64,000 bases of DNA from Azolla caroliniana (lineage: Eukaryota > Plantae > Polypodiophyta): positions 9,610,001 through 9,674,000 of the forward strand of contig JBHGNT010000009.1 of assembly GCA_043228905.1 (NCBI GenBank), read 5' to 3'. Numbering within the stretch: position 1 is the first letter of the stretch; every line of letters begins with the position of its first letter. The position numbers and the translations under genes are program-made. Shown here piece by piece: positions 1 through 11,820 of this stretch. The notes under the pieces were generated by a model. It made no database searches and was not told the origin of the DNA. It saw nothing but the letters and a program-made list of their open reading frames with translations.

Positions 1-5
1 CAGAT

Positions 6-263
6 GTGAATGTATATGGGGCACACCGAGTTGGGAAACATGGTGTTACTCGCTCCGGAGAAAGGCCTATTGTATGCACAATGACAGATGATACAAAGCG
101 GCGGATCATACTCGAAAATAGTTGGGTATACCTCAAAGGTACACAATGCTTTGTGAGTGAAGATCGTACTATCTCACAACAAAATGCTCGTCGTAAAGCA
201 TATGAAGAAAGATTGAAAAACAAGGTTAAGGATGTGCCTAAAGATGGAAATGTAGGCAAATAG
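6..263 (+). CDS. LINE ORF1 protein, C-terminal part
   Basis: HRVG...RPIV...K..IL...LKG...VSED motif typical of LINE ORF1 C-terminal domains; lies directly upstream of ORF2. Confidence 0.75.
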   Translation: MNVYGAHRVGKHGVTRSGERPIVCTMTDDTKRRIILENSWVYLKGTQCFVSEDRTISQQNARRKAYEERLKNKVKDVPKDGNVGK

Positions 264-269
264 GGACAC

Positions 270-3200
270 GTGATCTATGAGACTAACCCACGCCTTTTAC
301 GACTATGCTTTTGGAACTGCAATGGATACCCATGGAATGCGGGATTTGGCATAGAGGAGTTCACCAATGACTCGGATATCACACTTCTTGTTGAAACATG
401 GGAGCATGATACTCAAAGGATTCAAGGTTTAGGAAACTATAATGTACACTCTTTGATATGGAAGAAAAATCCAAGACAAAGAAGAGGACAAGGAGGGGTG
501 GCATGTTTGATTAAGAAGGAAATAGAGAAATATGTGTCAATCATAAAAAATGATGAAAATAAATGCTACATATGGCTCAAAATAGAAACACCTAATGATT
601 TGCCCACTTTTGTTGTTGGATGTTACATTCCTCATCAAGATTCTAACTTTTATGCGTGTTTGGATAAAGATCAACCGTTTGCCAATCTAGAAGATGATAT
701 TGCTTATTTCAAATCCAAAGGGGAAGTTATTGTCTTTGGTGACATGAATGCTCGTACAAGAAGTTTCCAACTTGATTCACAAGAATCTTTCATGCCACAT
801 ATCTCAAGGATGCAAGAGGATATGCAAATGTATAACCGCTCTTCTAGCGATGAAAAAGATCCGGACCAATTTGGGAAGTTACTCCTACAAATGTGCAATA
901 GTACCGGATTGCTTATTGCAAATGGTATTTCCTTATGGCCCAACACTAATGGTTTTACATGTAGAAAATACAACGGAAATAGTGTGATTGATTATGTGCT
1001 ACTTTCCGAAGGTATTTTGGATCGTATACATAAATTCTCACTTGGTGAATGGACACCGGAATCAGATCATAGGCCTTTATGTATTGATCTCAAATGTATG
1101 CATAGGTTTGATTGTGAGAAGGCTATTGAAGATAATAAACAACCGCACTTGAGCATGAACCTTAAGCGAGCACCCATGTATTCCAAGATGGTTGAGGATA
1201 TGTTACAAATGACAAAGATACAACATGGTGCCACACTAGAATGCAAATGGGAAGTCATTCTCTCATGTACAAACAAATGTTTTTTGACCAACCGCACATC
1301 TTGGAAATGCACCAAGAAACTTAGGAAAAAATGGTTTGATAAAGAATGTCGTGAAGCTCGAAAGTGCCTTATGGTTTTGGATGTAGTTAAGGATAAAGAG
1401 AATTACCAAAAGCATTTGCATGAGTATAAAAGGCTTATTCAAAGAAAGAGAAGAATATGGGAAGTTACTCAACAATTTATCCAAACGCAAGAGAAAGCAC
1501 ATGCATGTGCTAAATTTTGGGGAAATCTAAAGGGAAAACGTGTTGAGAGTTATGGTGACTTAACTCTTCACGACTTGTCTATGCATTGTAAGAATTTATA
1601 TGAGTTATCTCTTGCCGGAAAGATGATGTGTTATGGTTCTCTTTCACATATGCCTTCCTTCTTTACAATTGAAGATATATGCATAGGACTTAAGAAATTG
1701 GCCTCTCGAAAGGCAAGCGATCTTCAATGTATAAAGGCTGAAATGCTCAAATGGACGGGAAAGGAAGCACATATATGGATAAGAGATATGTTTAATGATG
1801 CATTGCAACATGGTATGCCGTACGATTGGACTACAAATTGGATCAAACCTTTACATAAAGGTGGAGATATAAATAATGTAAACAACTATCGAACCATCAT
1901 GGTTGGCTCATTAATGGCAAAACTATTTGGATGTATAATGGAATCAAAGATAAGTGTATGGGTTGAAAAAAGTGGTAAGAGAGCTTATGGACAAGCTGGC
2001 TTTCGGAAACACCATAGCACCATTGATCACCTTATCACCCTTCGAGTATTAATGGAGGAAAGTCGCCTTAGAGGTAAAGGTTTATATTGTTGCTTTGTAG
2101 ACTTCAAGAAAGCTTTTGATATGGTACCTCGTGAGCATCTTTGGAGGCGAATGGAAGAACTTGAGGTGCCAAGTGAATATATGCTTGCAATTTCCCGAAT
2201 TTATGAGAAGGTTATATGTTGTGTGCGCATGAGAGATAAACTTTCAGATTTTTTCAAAAGCACTATTGGTGTTAAGCAAGGATGCCCACTCTCACCAACA
2301 CTATTTGGTCTATGCATTGATGAATTGGAAGAAATGGTTACCAAGTTTGCAAAGGAAGAATGTGTTGAAGAAGTTGCCATTGGGAATGTTGTGATTATGC
2401 TTTTGCTATATGCAGATGATGTAGTGCTTTTTGCAAATACTTTAGGAGATGCACAAAAGCTTATGAAGGCATTGGAAAAATTTTGCATGCATACTAAATT
2501 AAGTGTCAATAGCTCTAAAACAAAGATTATGCTTGTGAAGAGCCAAAAAAGAGATAAACCATGCATTATGTACAACAATGAGCCACTTGAATGTGTGGAA
2601 AGCTTCAAATATCTTGGCCTTGAAGTTCCTTCAAATCATAGATGGAATGAATGTGCTACACGCCGCTTAGAGGCGGGCAAACGAGCATACTATGCATTTG
2701 AGAACACATGCAATCTTGGAGATATTAAGTGTTGGGTCCTCAAGAAATATCTTTTTGACACTTTGGTGACACCAGTTCTTCTCTATGGGGTGGAAGTATG
2801 GGGTGGTAGCATCCCTAAGTCTATGTGGAAAGAGTTTGAAAATGTCCAAAAGCATTTTCTTACCAAGTTTCTACAAGTTAAGAAACAAACGCCCTACACC
2901 CTCCTCCTCCTTGAGACGGGATCGCTTCCCATTGAGATGATGGCCATGGAAAGGGTTGTTGAATACATGCTTAAGGTTCAAAAAAGTCCCTCACATCGAC
3001 TTCCTAGAATTGCGTGGGAAGCAAGCAAAAAGATCCAAAAGACGCATAAAAGCAAAATTTTGTGTTCCGGTTGGATGCAAGATATAGAAAAATGGTTTGG
3101 TAGATGGGATGCGAGACACTTGCTTCATGATGCATCATTAAATTCCTCTGTAAATGAGGCATTTTTGCAACGCCAATGTATCATGACATGGGACAAATGT

Positions 3201-3632
3201 GGAGGCTCACGCTTCACACATTATACTACACATGTTGCACCTAACTACAAAACCATATTCTTCGCGGAAAGGGGAAATCGTACACATCCATACATGTTAG
3301 AGCCCATACCGTTATCTGCCATTCGAACCATTGCTTCCATGCGACTTAGCTCACATGCATTGCGATGTGAAACAGGGCGTTGGGGTACAAGTGATGAGAG
3401 TGGTCGGCTATGCACACTTTGCCCTAAACAAGTTCGCGAGTCTGAGTATCACACTTTGATACAATGCTTTGCCTTTGATCATATTCGACCATGCTTTCCA
3501 CATCTCTTCGATCGAGCCCAATCTTTGCATGAATTCCTCTCACAACCACAATGTGCACTCTCGATTGCAACATTCATTGGTAAAGTTCTTGAACATCGAG
3601 AGCCACTACTCACTTTCACACGTATCACGTGA
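270..3632 (+). CDS. LINE ORF2: apurinic endonuclease, reverse transcriptase, C-terminal CCHC-type motif
   Basis: APE motifs WNCNG, LVETW, GDMNA, IDY, SDH; RT motifs QAGFR, FVDFKKAFD, GVKQGCPLSP, LYADD, YLG; C-terminal CTLC...EYH...C; no internal stops. Confidence 0.96.
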   Translation: MIYETNPRLLRLCFWNCNGYPWNAGFGIEEFTNDSDITLLVETWEHDTQRIQGLGNYNVHSLIWKKNPRQRRGQGGVACLIKKEIEKYVSIIKNDENKCYIWLKIETPNDLPTFVVGCYIPHQDSNFYACLDKDQPFANLEDDIAYFKSKGEVIVFGDMNARTRSFQLDSQESFMPHISRMQEDMQMYNRSSSDEKDPDQFGKLLLQMCNSTGLLIANGISLWPNTNGFTCRKYNGNSVIDYVLLSEGILDRIHKFSLGEWTPESDHRPLCIDLKCMHRFDCEKAIEDNKQPHLSMNLKRAPMYSKMVEDMLQMTKIQHGATLECKWEVILSCTNKCFLTNRTSWKCTKKLRKKWFDKECREARKCLMVLDVVKDKENYQKHLHEYKRLIQRKRRIWEVTQQFIQTQEKAHACAKFWGNLKGKRVESYGDLTLHDLSMHCKNLYELSLAGKMMCYGSLSHMPSFFTIEDICIGLKKLASRKASDLQCIKAEMLKWTGKEAHIWIRDMFNDALQHGMPYDWTTNWIKPLHKGGDINNVNNYRTIMVGSLMAKLFGCIMESKISVWVEKSGKRAYGQAGFRKHHSTIDHLITLRVLMEESRLRGKGLYCCFVDFKKAFDMVPREHLWRRMEELEVPSEYMLAISRIYEKVICCVRMRDKLSDFFKSTIGVKQGCPLSPTLFGLCIDELEEMVTKFAKEECVEEVAIGNVVIMLLLYADDVVLFANTLGDAQKLMKALEKFCMHTKLSVNSSKTKIMLVKSQKRDKPCIMYNNEPLECVESFKYLGLEVPSNHRWNECATRRLEAGKRAYYAFENTCNLGDIKCWVLKKYLFDTLVTPVLLYGVEVWGGSIPKSMWKEFENVQKHFLTKFLQVKKQTPYTLLLLETGSLPIEMMAMERVVEYMLKVQKSPSHRLPRIAWEASKKIQKTHKSKILCSGWMQDIEKWFGRWDARHLLHDASLNSSVNEAFLQRQCIMTWDKCGGSRFTHYTTHVAPNYKTIFFAERGNRTHPYMLEPIPLSAIRTIASMRLSSHALRCETGRWGTSDESGRLCTLCPKQVRESEYHTLIQCFAFDHIRPCFPHLFDRAQSLHEFLSQPQCALSIATFIGKVLEHREPLLTFTRIT

Positions 3633-3687
3633 AATGTAATATTTTTGGTCTCATAGGTCATATTTGATCTCCGAAGACGATAATATA

Positions 3688-3715
3688 ATCTATCTATCTA
3701 TCTATCTATCTATCT
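3688..3715 (+). repeat. (ATCT)7 microsatellite 3' tail of the LINE
   Basis: Seven ATCT units about 55 nt after the ORF2 stop. Confidence 0.9.
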
Positions 3716-4252
3716 TTACAAAGAGCCCATGGAGAAAGCTGTGTTATGCTGTGTCCGATCGATGGCCAGGACGCGTGTGATGACTTGCTTGATTGTTTGG
3801 TTAGAGATATTGGTAAGTGCGAGAGTCGTCCGTAGAGGCTCCCGTAGGCTGAACAGGAAGGTATCCGGAATGTGATGAGCGAAGACATCGTCGGCCAGTT
3901 GTCGGTAGAGATCCTGAAACCGGATCATGAACTGGGGGACCGTCTCGTGAGATTCTTGGCTCATGGAAAAGAACTATCGGAGTAGTTCGCGCTTTGGTAC
4001 TTCGCGGTGAAATAATTCTAGAAACTTTGTTTGGACGTCCTGGAACATTGTGACCTCCCCCATGTCGAGGCGGGAGTACCATCGAGCAACCGGGCCATCG
4101 AGGGATAGAGCAAATTCCGCGATTTTGGAGGACTCGATCTCGGCAGCCAATAACCGCTGCGTCGAGTGGTTGGTCTGCCATGTGGACACGAAAGCACGGG
4201 TGTGCGATTCCGCGTCGGGGCCGTCTGTATATCGTGGGTAAGGGTAAGGCAT
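3716..4252 (-). pseudogene. Ty3/gypsy gag fragment, cut by the LINE
   Basis: KIAEFALSLDGPVARWY...FLELF...QESHETVPQFMIRFQDL is retrotransposon-gag-like; contains a stop. Confidence 0.8.
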
Positions 4253-4637
4253 GGTGTCGAGATCCGGTTCTTCAGTAAAGCCGGAAAAGGGTTAGGGTCC
4301 AGTTGGGTGACCTCTAGAGGGCTTGGCGGGGAGGTCAGTGCGGAATCAACTTGCGACTGGGTATCGGGTGGCAAGGATTGCAACCGGTGAGCCTCCGATA
4401 GTTCTTGGAAAGATTGATCAGTGACCGCCGAGTCGGATGTGCCTTTGACTGGCTCAGGGTGTCGGGTAGGTGGCCGAGACCGCGTGATGTGATTGGGCGC
4501 CGTGATGGCGGCTGAGGTTTACCTCCTACGTAGTTTGCTGTGACCTTACAACTGTAACCAGGCATGCCAAATTGTGTTAACCGTTTCTGGGGGAAACACC
4601 TTCGATGAGCCCACAGGCTATCGGTATCAAGGGGTTG

Positions 4638-5070
4638 TGTTACATGGAAGCCTCTTCTACACTTAGAAGACGATATGAGAACGAGGAGCGTACACGGGCT
4701 ACAACCCGTTAGGCATAGACGTAGCTCGGTTGCGAGTACCGGGGAGAATACACAGATGAAGGAACAGTAAGAGCGAGATTTATATTAAATGAGAAACTCA
4801 CAATGATTATAGTACACGGCTCTCGGCCGGAAACAGTTTGTGCAGAGCTCGGTGCTACGATAGTAATCTTGCTAAAATAATTTATATATGCCCCCCTTGA
4901 GGTATGCAGATCTCGGTTTATATAGTTTTCTTCCTTAGATAGAGCTGAGCCATTGGCTGATTGAGAGGGCTAAAAACTCGACTATTTCTAGTTCTACCTA
5001 TTCCCTCACCTACTTTTCTACCTACCGGCGAGTTTACATATTATGTATTTATATTTCTGGCCTATGGACA
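4638..5070 (-). repeat. Probable 5' LTR of the minus-strand gypsy element
   Basis: TG...CA bounded non-coding block with a TATA-like motif upstream of gag; the right end abuts unrelated integrase sequence. Left boundary is uncertain by a few bp. Confidence 0.6.
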
Positions 5071-5430
5071 ATAGCTGCATGTGGCAAGGGAAAGGAACAA
5101 AGGCCGGTTCGACCGAACGCACCAGCTACGACCAAAGAAGATTGAGGAAGGCGACTGGGTGTTGGTGTACGATAGCAACCTCGAAAACCAGCACAAGGCG
5201 GTGTGTAAGTTCGCGAGGAGGTGGTTCGGGCCCTACGTTGTAACGAGCACGGACGACAACGACACCTACCATCTTGCGTAGCTCGATGGGACACAGATAA
5301 CAGTGTCGGTAGCTGGGATGAGGATCAAGCCCTTCAAGAAGCGGCATGAAGGTGAACCAGACCCGGTAAGCGCGGGCGACGACAACGACTAGACTGGAGT
5401 GGACGATAGTTCAGAGAGCGACGGGTGACC
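5071..5430 (+). pseudogene. Integrase C-terminus of a Phygy-like gypsy element
   Basis: KKIEEGDWVLVY...KFARRWFGPY matches the integrase tail at about 46300-46500. Confidence 0.8.
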
Positions 5431-5502
5431 GTGAGCCGGTTTTCTCCGGTATTTGTCCCTCTCCGGCGCATGCAGGTGGATGCGCGGTTTGGTGGGGGTG
5501 GA

Positions 5503-6295
5503 TGTCGTGAAGAAAACCAGCCTTAGGAGGAATTGATGAATAAGACGCATGAACCGGCCCTTACGCGCGGGCACAAGTATTGGTAAGATGTACATAATTA
5601 GGAATAGGTTGGTTGATGTAAATATACTAGGTAATACACATTTATTAGCTAGGAAATCAATGTGTATCTCTGTCCGAAGGGATAGAGAATAAAGATGATG
5701 TATTCAGGATGTGACAGTCCTCGCCGATGGCCTATAAAAGAAAAGGGGAGATGGCTGAAACAGATATCGCGTTTTGGGAGGATGAAGTGTTGTCGGACTG
5801 GGAACCGAGCACTCTTCTCACTTTCTTCATTGAGCTTTGCAGGTTTTGGTCGGTTGCCTTTGCTCGAGGGAGAAGCCCGTGCGCTTCGGCAAAGGCTCCA
5901 CTGCGTGCTCTATGTGTGTTGGTGTTTGTGTGTGGTCGCTCACCGACTCGCCGGTTGTAATCTCGAAGAGCATTGTATTCGCCTAGTTGTCTTAATTGAT
6001 TCCTTGTTTGTGAGTCCTCTGCGTATTTGTGTGTGTGTCTTGGCCCATTGTCGGCACGAAGTCAGACGAGAGTGTGTTACGGTTCATTCTTCGTACACTA
6101 CTGCGGTAGTCGTTGAGCTGGCAAGCACGAGTCGAGGATTGTTCACCCGGTGAGCACTGCGTACCTACTTGTTGGTAGTCGGTACTTGCCGACCCATTGT
6201 TACACCTTGCTCCTCCCTTTGTTTCGGGTATTCCTCGGTCCAGGGCCCTTGCGGTTCCACATTAGTTTCCTATGCGAGAGGGTAACAACACGACA
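5503..6295 (+). repeat. 3' LTR (793 bp) of a Phygy-like gypsy element
   Basis: Perfect TGTCGTG...CACGACA termini, preceded by the PPT GGTGGGGGTGGA. Confidence 0.88.
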
Positions 6296-6467
6296 CCGCG
6301 TTGTAGGCTTCCAAGTAGAATGGGACTTTGTCCCCGTTGAAACGATTGACTCTTTCGACCACTCGCTCAAAAGCTTGTTGCGCTGTTTCTCGCCTCATCG
6401 CCACTCGTCCGAACTCCATCACCACTTTAGTCACCATCTCCACGAAGTCATCGTCCTCCGACTCCAT
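6296..6467 (-). pseudogene. gag 5' fragment of a Phygy-like element
   Basis: VERVNRFNGDKVPFYLEAY resembles the gag starts at 41154 (QFNGKDVSRYL) and near 52050 (RFDGKNITNFL). Confidence 0.75.
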
Positions 6468-6483
6468 CGTCCCTTGCTGCCTT

Positions 6484-6501
6484 TTCACGTCGGGTTCACC
6501 A
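6484..6501 (-). promoter_or_regulatory. Primer binding site, tRNA-Trp
   Basis: TGGTGAACCCGACGTGAA is complementary to the plant tRNA-Trp 3' end as recalled (TTCACGTCGGGTTCACCA); 4 nt from the LTR. Confidence 0.82.
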
Positions 6502-6505
6502 AATA

Positions 6506-7249
6506 TGTCGTGGCTTTCCGCGAGTACGTGCAGGATCCTAGGTGGGACCACAGGGGTCTTGGACTAGGGAGGGATGGATACCATGAGACTGACTCCCTCC
6601 ATGAATGGCCGCAACAGAGCAACACAAACCAGAACGTTTCCGGTCGGGTACAGGAGGCTACCAAACAAAGAGAGGGCACTCTCGCACACAACACCGGTCC
6701 AACTCACACCCTCATGTACAGAAATGAAAAAAAGAAAAACATTGAAGACACCGATACACATAAACTTATGCATATTTACAGGAGCAAGATACAAACCGAC
6801 TTCGAGCCAGTCCTAGATGGCTCAAGATACAACGGCTGTCTACAGCCAAGCCACCAGTCAGGGGATCTCTTGGGCTCGTCGCGCCGAGCGGGGTCTTGCA
6901 CAGGAGACAAGGCTGAAACAAAACTGCTAGATGCCAAGACTCGACCCACAAAACGACGAAGAAGAAGAAACTAAATGAAACCCTAGGCGAGAGAAAGCAA
7001 ATAAGAGTGAAAGAAAACTAACTTACTTCGAACGTGATGGTATACCCTTCTAACTCAAAATGGGCAACCCCTTTTACAAGGGAGCCTCCCTTCCTTTTAT
7101 AGCCCAAGGAGGGAGGGATGTTACAATGTGGGATAAATTCTCCCCATTATTCTATACACCAATTTCTATTATACATGTGCACATGTTGCACATTGCCGAC
7201 TTGCCCATTACATCCCAATTTCACACCGTAGTCGGAAATCTTCACGACA
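6506..7249 (-). repeat. 5' LTR (744 bp) of a Phygy-like element
   Basis: TGTCGTG...CACGACA termini with an adjacent Trp PBS. Confidence 0.88.
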
Positions 7250-7253
7250 ATAG

Positions 7254-10100
7254 GTGAAAGCATCACAATTGGAAGAAGTGAATTTGGGAACCTACAAAGA
7301 AGCAAGACCGGTGCAGGTGGCCAAAGAAATGCCATGGGAGGTGAAATCGGCAATGATCACATTATTGAAAGAATTCCGGGACGTATTTGCATGGTCATAT
7401 GAAGACATGCGGGGACTGGACCCGCAATTGTATCAACACTAGATTCATTTAAGCAAGGATGCGAAACTGGTAGCGTAGAGACGTTACCGGATGAATCCGA
7501 ATTACGCGGCTAAAGAAAAAGAGGAGGTCGACAAGTTGCTGTGGGTTGGGTTCATCCGGCCAGTGAAGAAAGCCACCTAGCTAAGCCTGATCGTGGTGGT
7601 ACTGAAGAAAAATGGAAAGATCCGGGTCTGTGTGGATTACCGCAAATTGAATGCTGCCACTGTCACTGATGCATTTCCGCTCCCATTCACGGATGGAGTC
7701 TTGGATGCGGTAGTAGGCCACGAGATGTATAACTTCCTCGATGGATTTAGCGGGTATAGCCAAATCAGGATGCACCCGGATGATCAAGAGCAAACAGTGT
7801 TCGTCACCGAATGGGGAGTCTTTGTAGTGGTCGTAATGATGTTCGGACTGAAGACGACATCGGCAATGTTCCAATGAATCATCATGGAAATTTTCGGGGA
7901 ATTAATTCCAGCGTTTATGCAGGTGTTCTTGGATGATTTTGCGGTGTACAACAGGAAAGGAGAACATCTTGACCATCTCCGGTTATGCCTGGAGAAATGC
8001 AGAGGTTACCGGCTAAGTCTGAACCCGACGAAATGTGTATTCGGTGTAACAAGTGGCACGCTACTAGGCCATATTGTGAGTAAGGACGGGATTGTGGTGG
8101 ACCTGGATAAAGTTAAAGCCATTTTGGAAGCACCGGCACCAACAACCGCCAAAGCTCTGAGACGGTTTTTAGGGCAACTCCGGTGGCATAACCGGATGCT
8201 CCGATACTTGGCCGATCTTGCGACACCACTACACGCAGTTGTACACCGGATACCATTCCAATGGACAGAACCGGAGGATAAGGCATACCATGCGCTCAAA
8301 ATAATGTTGTCCCAGGCACCGGTCGTACAACCCCCGGATTGGTCGAAGGAATTTCATGTGTTCGTGGATGCATCTGATATCGTGATCGGCAATGTTCTAA
8401 TCCAGCTCACCGAACCAAATTGGTACTGGCTGGTTTACTACGCTAGTCGAAAGCTCTCCTAGGCAGAACAAAATTATTCAACAATGGAAAGGGAAGCCTT
8501 GGGAATGATATACAACGTAACGAAGTTCCGTCACTATTTGCTGGGACAAAAATTCTCATTCCATGTAGATCATTTGGCTTTACTTTACTTGGTTTGCAAG
8601 GCATCGCTAATCGGCAAACTAGCACAATGGACACTGCTTCTATAGGAGTTTGAATTCGATATTTACCACAGACCAGGAGTACAACATGCGGTTGCGGATT
8701 ACTTGAGCTGGTTAGAATCCGAAGAGGCAGGCGACGACGTCAAAGACGACCTTCCGGATGCGTAACTGTTCAGGGTAACAACGGAGAATACGGTGGATGG
8801 ACAGTGGCCGAGGAAGACAAATGGCTAACGAATATGCATCCGTTTTTAAGCACCAAATTGCCTCCAGAAGAACTGAACAAGGACGAACGGAAGCGGTTGG
8901 CTGTACAAAGCCGACATTTTTGTTTACTGGAGGATATGTTGTACCACAAGGGATGGTATATGGCGAAGAGAAGTTCAGAGCGACGAAAAGGAGACAATTT
9001 TATGGGAAGTTCATTGTGGAGTCGCCAGAGGACATTATGACGGAGAAGTAACATCAAAGAAGATATGGCGAAGTGGATTGTGGTGGCCTACAACAATGAA
9101 GGACTCGATTCGATATGCAAAGGAATGCGACTTATGTCAACGAATGGGCCAACAAACAGAACAAGCAAGGATGGCACACCAGTCGGTGTTACCACTGGAG
9201 CCGTCTCAAAAATAGGGATTGGACTTCGTCAGACCGTTCAAACCTCCGACAATGCGGACTGGGAACCGGTATATCATTGTAGCAACAGACCACTGCACCA
9301 AATGGGTGGAAGCAAAGACACTCCAGGATAATACTGCAACCTCAACGACCAAGTTCCTATATGAGTACATTTGGTGCCGATATGGATGCCCGATAGAACT
9401 CATCAGTGATCGAGGACATTTCCTCGGTCAAGTAGTAGAGAGCTTGATGACATTTTATGTGGTTGTACACAAGCGGAGTACACCTTATTATCCACAAGCC
9501 AACGGATTGGGCGAATCCACCAACAAAACCTTGCAGAACATCCTCCGGAAAATAGTCAATGAAAACCGCACCGACTGGGACATGAAGTTGCAGAGTGCGT
9601 TGTGGGCGTACCGAACTGCGTACAAAACAAGTATCCGGACAACACCATTCCGTTTAGCTCTCGGATTAAAAGCGGTCATGCCGATAGAGTTTCAAATTCC
9701 GAGTTTACGAATTCAAGTACGGGAAAGGTTAAGTGAGAAGGAATCAGATAAAATTCGTCTAGTGCCATTGTGCGAATTAGAAGAATACCGGATAGCTATC
9801 ATCCTGCAGTTGGAACTCGAGCAACGACGACGGAAAGCGTTCGTCGACTGGCACTAGAAAGGGAACGAGAAAATGTTCGGGATCGCAAGCCAGTGTTAGT
9901 ATTTTAGACCCGGATGGGCAAAATGCCGAGAAAGCTATGGTTCTGGTAGACCGGACTGTAGTGGATCACACGAGAGTTTAAAGGCTCGTATCAGCTAGGA
10001 ACGCTGGCCGAAGAGTTCGTGAAAAAATGGGTAAACGGGTTTCTGACTAAAATCTTATTACGAACCAATGCCGCGGAACCCGTTTAAACAACCGAATGCT
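7254..10100 (+). pseudogene. Degenerate gypsy pol (RT, RNase H, integrase)
   Basis: RVCVDYRKLN, FLDGFSGYSQI, VFLDDF, VFVDASD, YYASRKL, DFVRP...IIVATDHCTKWVEA, YYPQANG; many stops. Confidence 0.92.
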
Positions 10101-11820
10101 GAAGCAGAAACCGGGAACGACAAGCGGATAATCGGCAACCAAGAGGAGGAACATACAACGGATTCGGAGGTGGCGGATACAAGGGTTTAAAAAAAAAAAG
10201 AAGAAACAAAAAAAAGAAGAAACAAAAAAAAGAAGGAACGGACACCGCGAAACATTGTCCTCATGCAGGGGAATGGAGTAAAGCCACCATGCAAGAAAAA
10301 AAAATAAAAATAAATGAATGTAGGCCATTAAAAAAATGAACAGACACCTTGAAACGGTGTGACGTAAGTCATTTAAAGCCCACCACGCGTCACACTACCA
10401 CTATTAAAAGCACACGACGTGCATGCACGGGACTCGAGAAAAGGCGGCAAGAATGGGAACACAAAACCTTCGCATAATAGAGTCTCTCTCATTTTATGAG
10501 CACAGAGCACTTAACACACAGAGGTGGTTACAGGTGATTAGGCGAATGCCAAAATTTACCATAGGCACACCAAAGCTCTCCACCACCACCGGGACAAAGG
10601 ACACGCTGGAGCCCATGGCACTTTCCGAGACGGCCAAGAAATGGTTCATGCAACATGACTTGGAGGGTTTCCTACGGATAGCAGAGGCACCTCCACACGA
10701 AGAAGCGGAAAAGGTCACGAAGAAGATCGACCTAGAAGTAATCACGGAGGAGGCCGTCCGCGCCTTAATCGGATTGCCAGAGGGAGGGATCTACTCCATT
10801 GAGAATCCTTCCCCGGAGATGTTGACGAAGTTCTTCGGGGAGTATTCCCTGGCCAACAAAGCACACCGGACACAGGGCGGCAACGATGCCTTGTTCTAAG
10901 AAGTAGCTCGTGTGCTCCACGAGTATGGGTTTGTGCACCCCCGACCCTCGGCAATGCCAAAGAACAAAGCCGGATTCATCATCGCCACATACGAAGGGGT
11001 AAAGATGGATTGGCTTGTAATCATCATTGATTGTTTGCGAGTGGCCATACAATCGGTGGTAGACAGCAAGAAGGTGTGGATAGCAGTGGCTGAATGGCTC
11101 AATCTCCTGGTACCGCCGGTGCTGACATTAAAGGCAAAGACGCAGGGCCTAACGGCCGATACGACACCAAACAAGCCATCGAAGTGGCAACAACTCCTTT
11201 CCAAGCACATGCCCGGTTGGACAGAGGGCGGTTCATCACAGAAAGGGAAGGAGCAGCCCAGTCGGAAGAGGCAGGCGGAGACAGAGGCACTGGTAGAGCA
11301 ACCGGTAAGGCCTCTTAAAATCAAATTGCGTCGGCAAGAGCAAGAGCCACCTAACTTGGCTCAAGGGATAAACATGAGAACCCAAGAGGAGGAGGTGGAG
11401 GAAGAACCCGCTGACACTCCCCTACATTGCCGGAAGAGAATTGACGCAGAGTAGAAGGGGGACGAATCAGAACTGGTGAAAGATAGCACACCGATACCCC
11501 GCTTTGAGGAACCAGAGCCAATGAAGGAAATGGAGCCTGATTGGCTTGTAACGACAAGTGAAGTACCAATCTCACTGGGTCGACAGGCACAACAAGAACA
11601 TGAGTTGCCTGTAGAAATAATAATACAACCAGGGGTGGTGGCGAGAGCAGAGCCAACACCGCAACCGGGACTGGCAAGGCAACAAGGCACCGATAGTCAA
11701 TGGCGACGATGGATCAGAGAGCAGGTGGCCGGGGTTGTAAGCCAAATTGAAACAAAAGATGGAGCACAACGGGATCGGTTGTTCGCCACAACCGAAGAAC
11801 TCGAGAAGGCCCGGTCAAGG

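Larger units (their letters stand above)
1..3715 (+). mobile_element. Non-LTR retrotransposon (LINE), 5' part outside the window; RTEX/CR1-like architecture
   Basis: ORF1 tail, then a 1120-codon APE-RT ORF, a short 3' UTR and an (ATCT)7 tail that abuts an interrupted gypsy gag. Confidence 0.93.

Noticed and set aside
4607-4630. PBS identity of the first gypsy element
   Set aside because: TGATACCGATAG is too degenerate to assign a tRNA.
6150-6974. 274-codon plus-strand ORF
   Set aside because: It runs across two LTRs and antisense gag; a chance ORF with no motifs.
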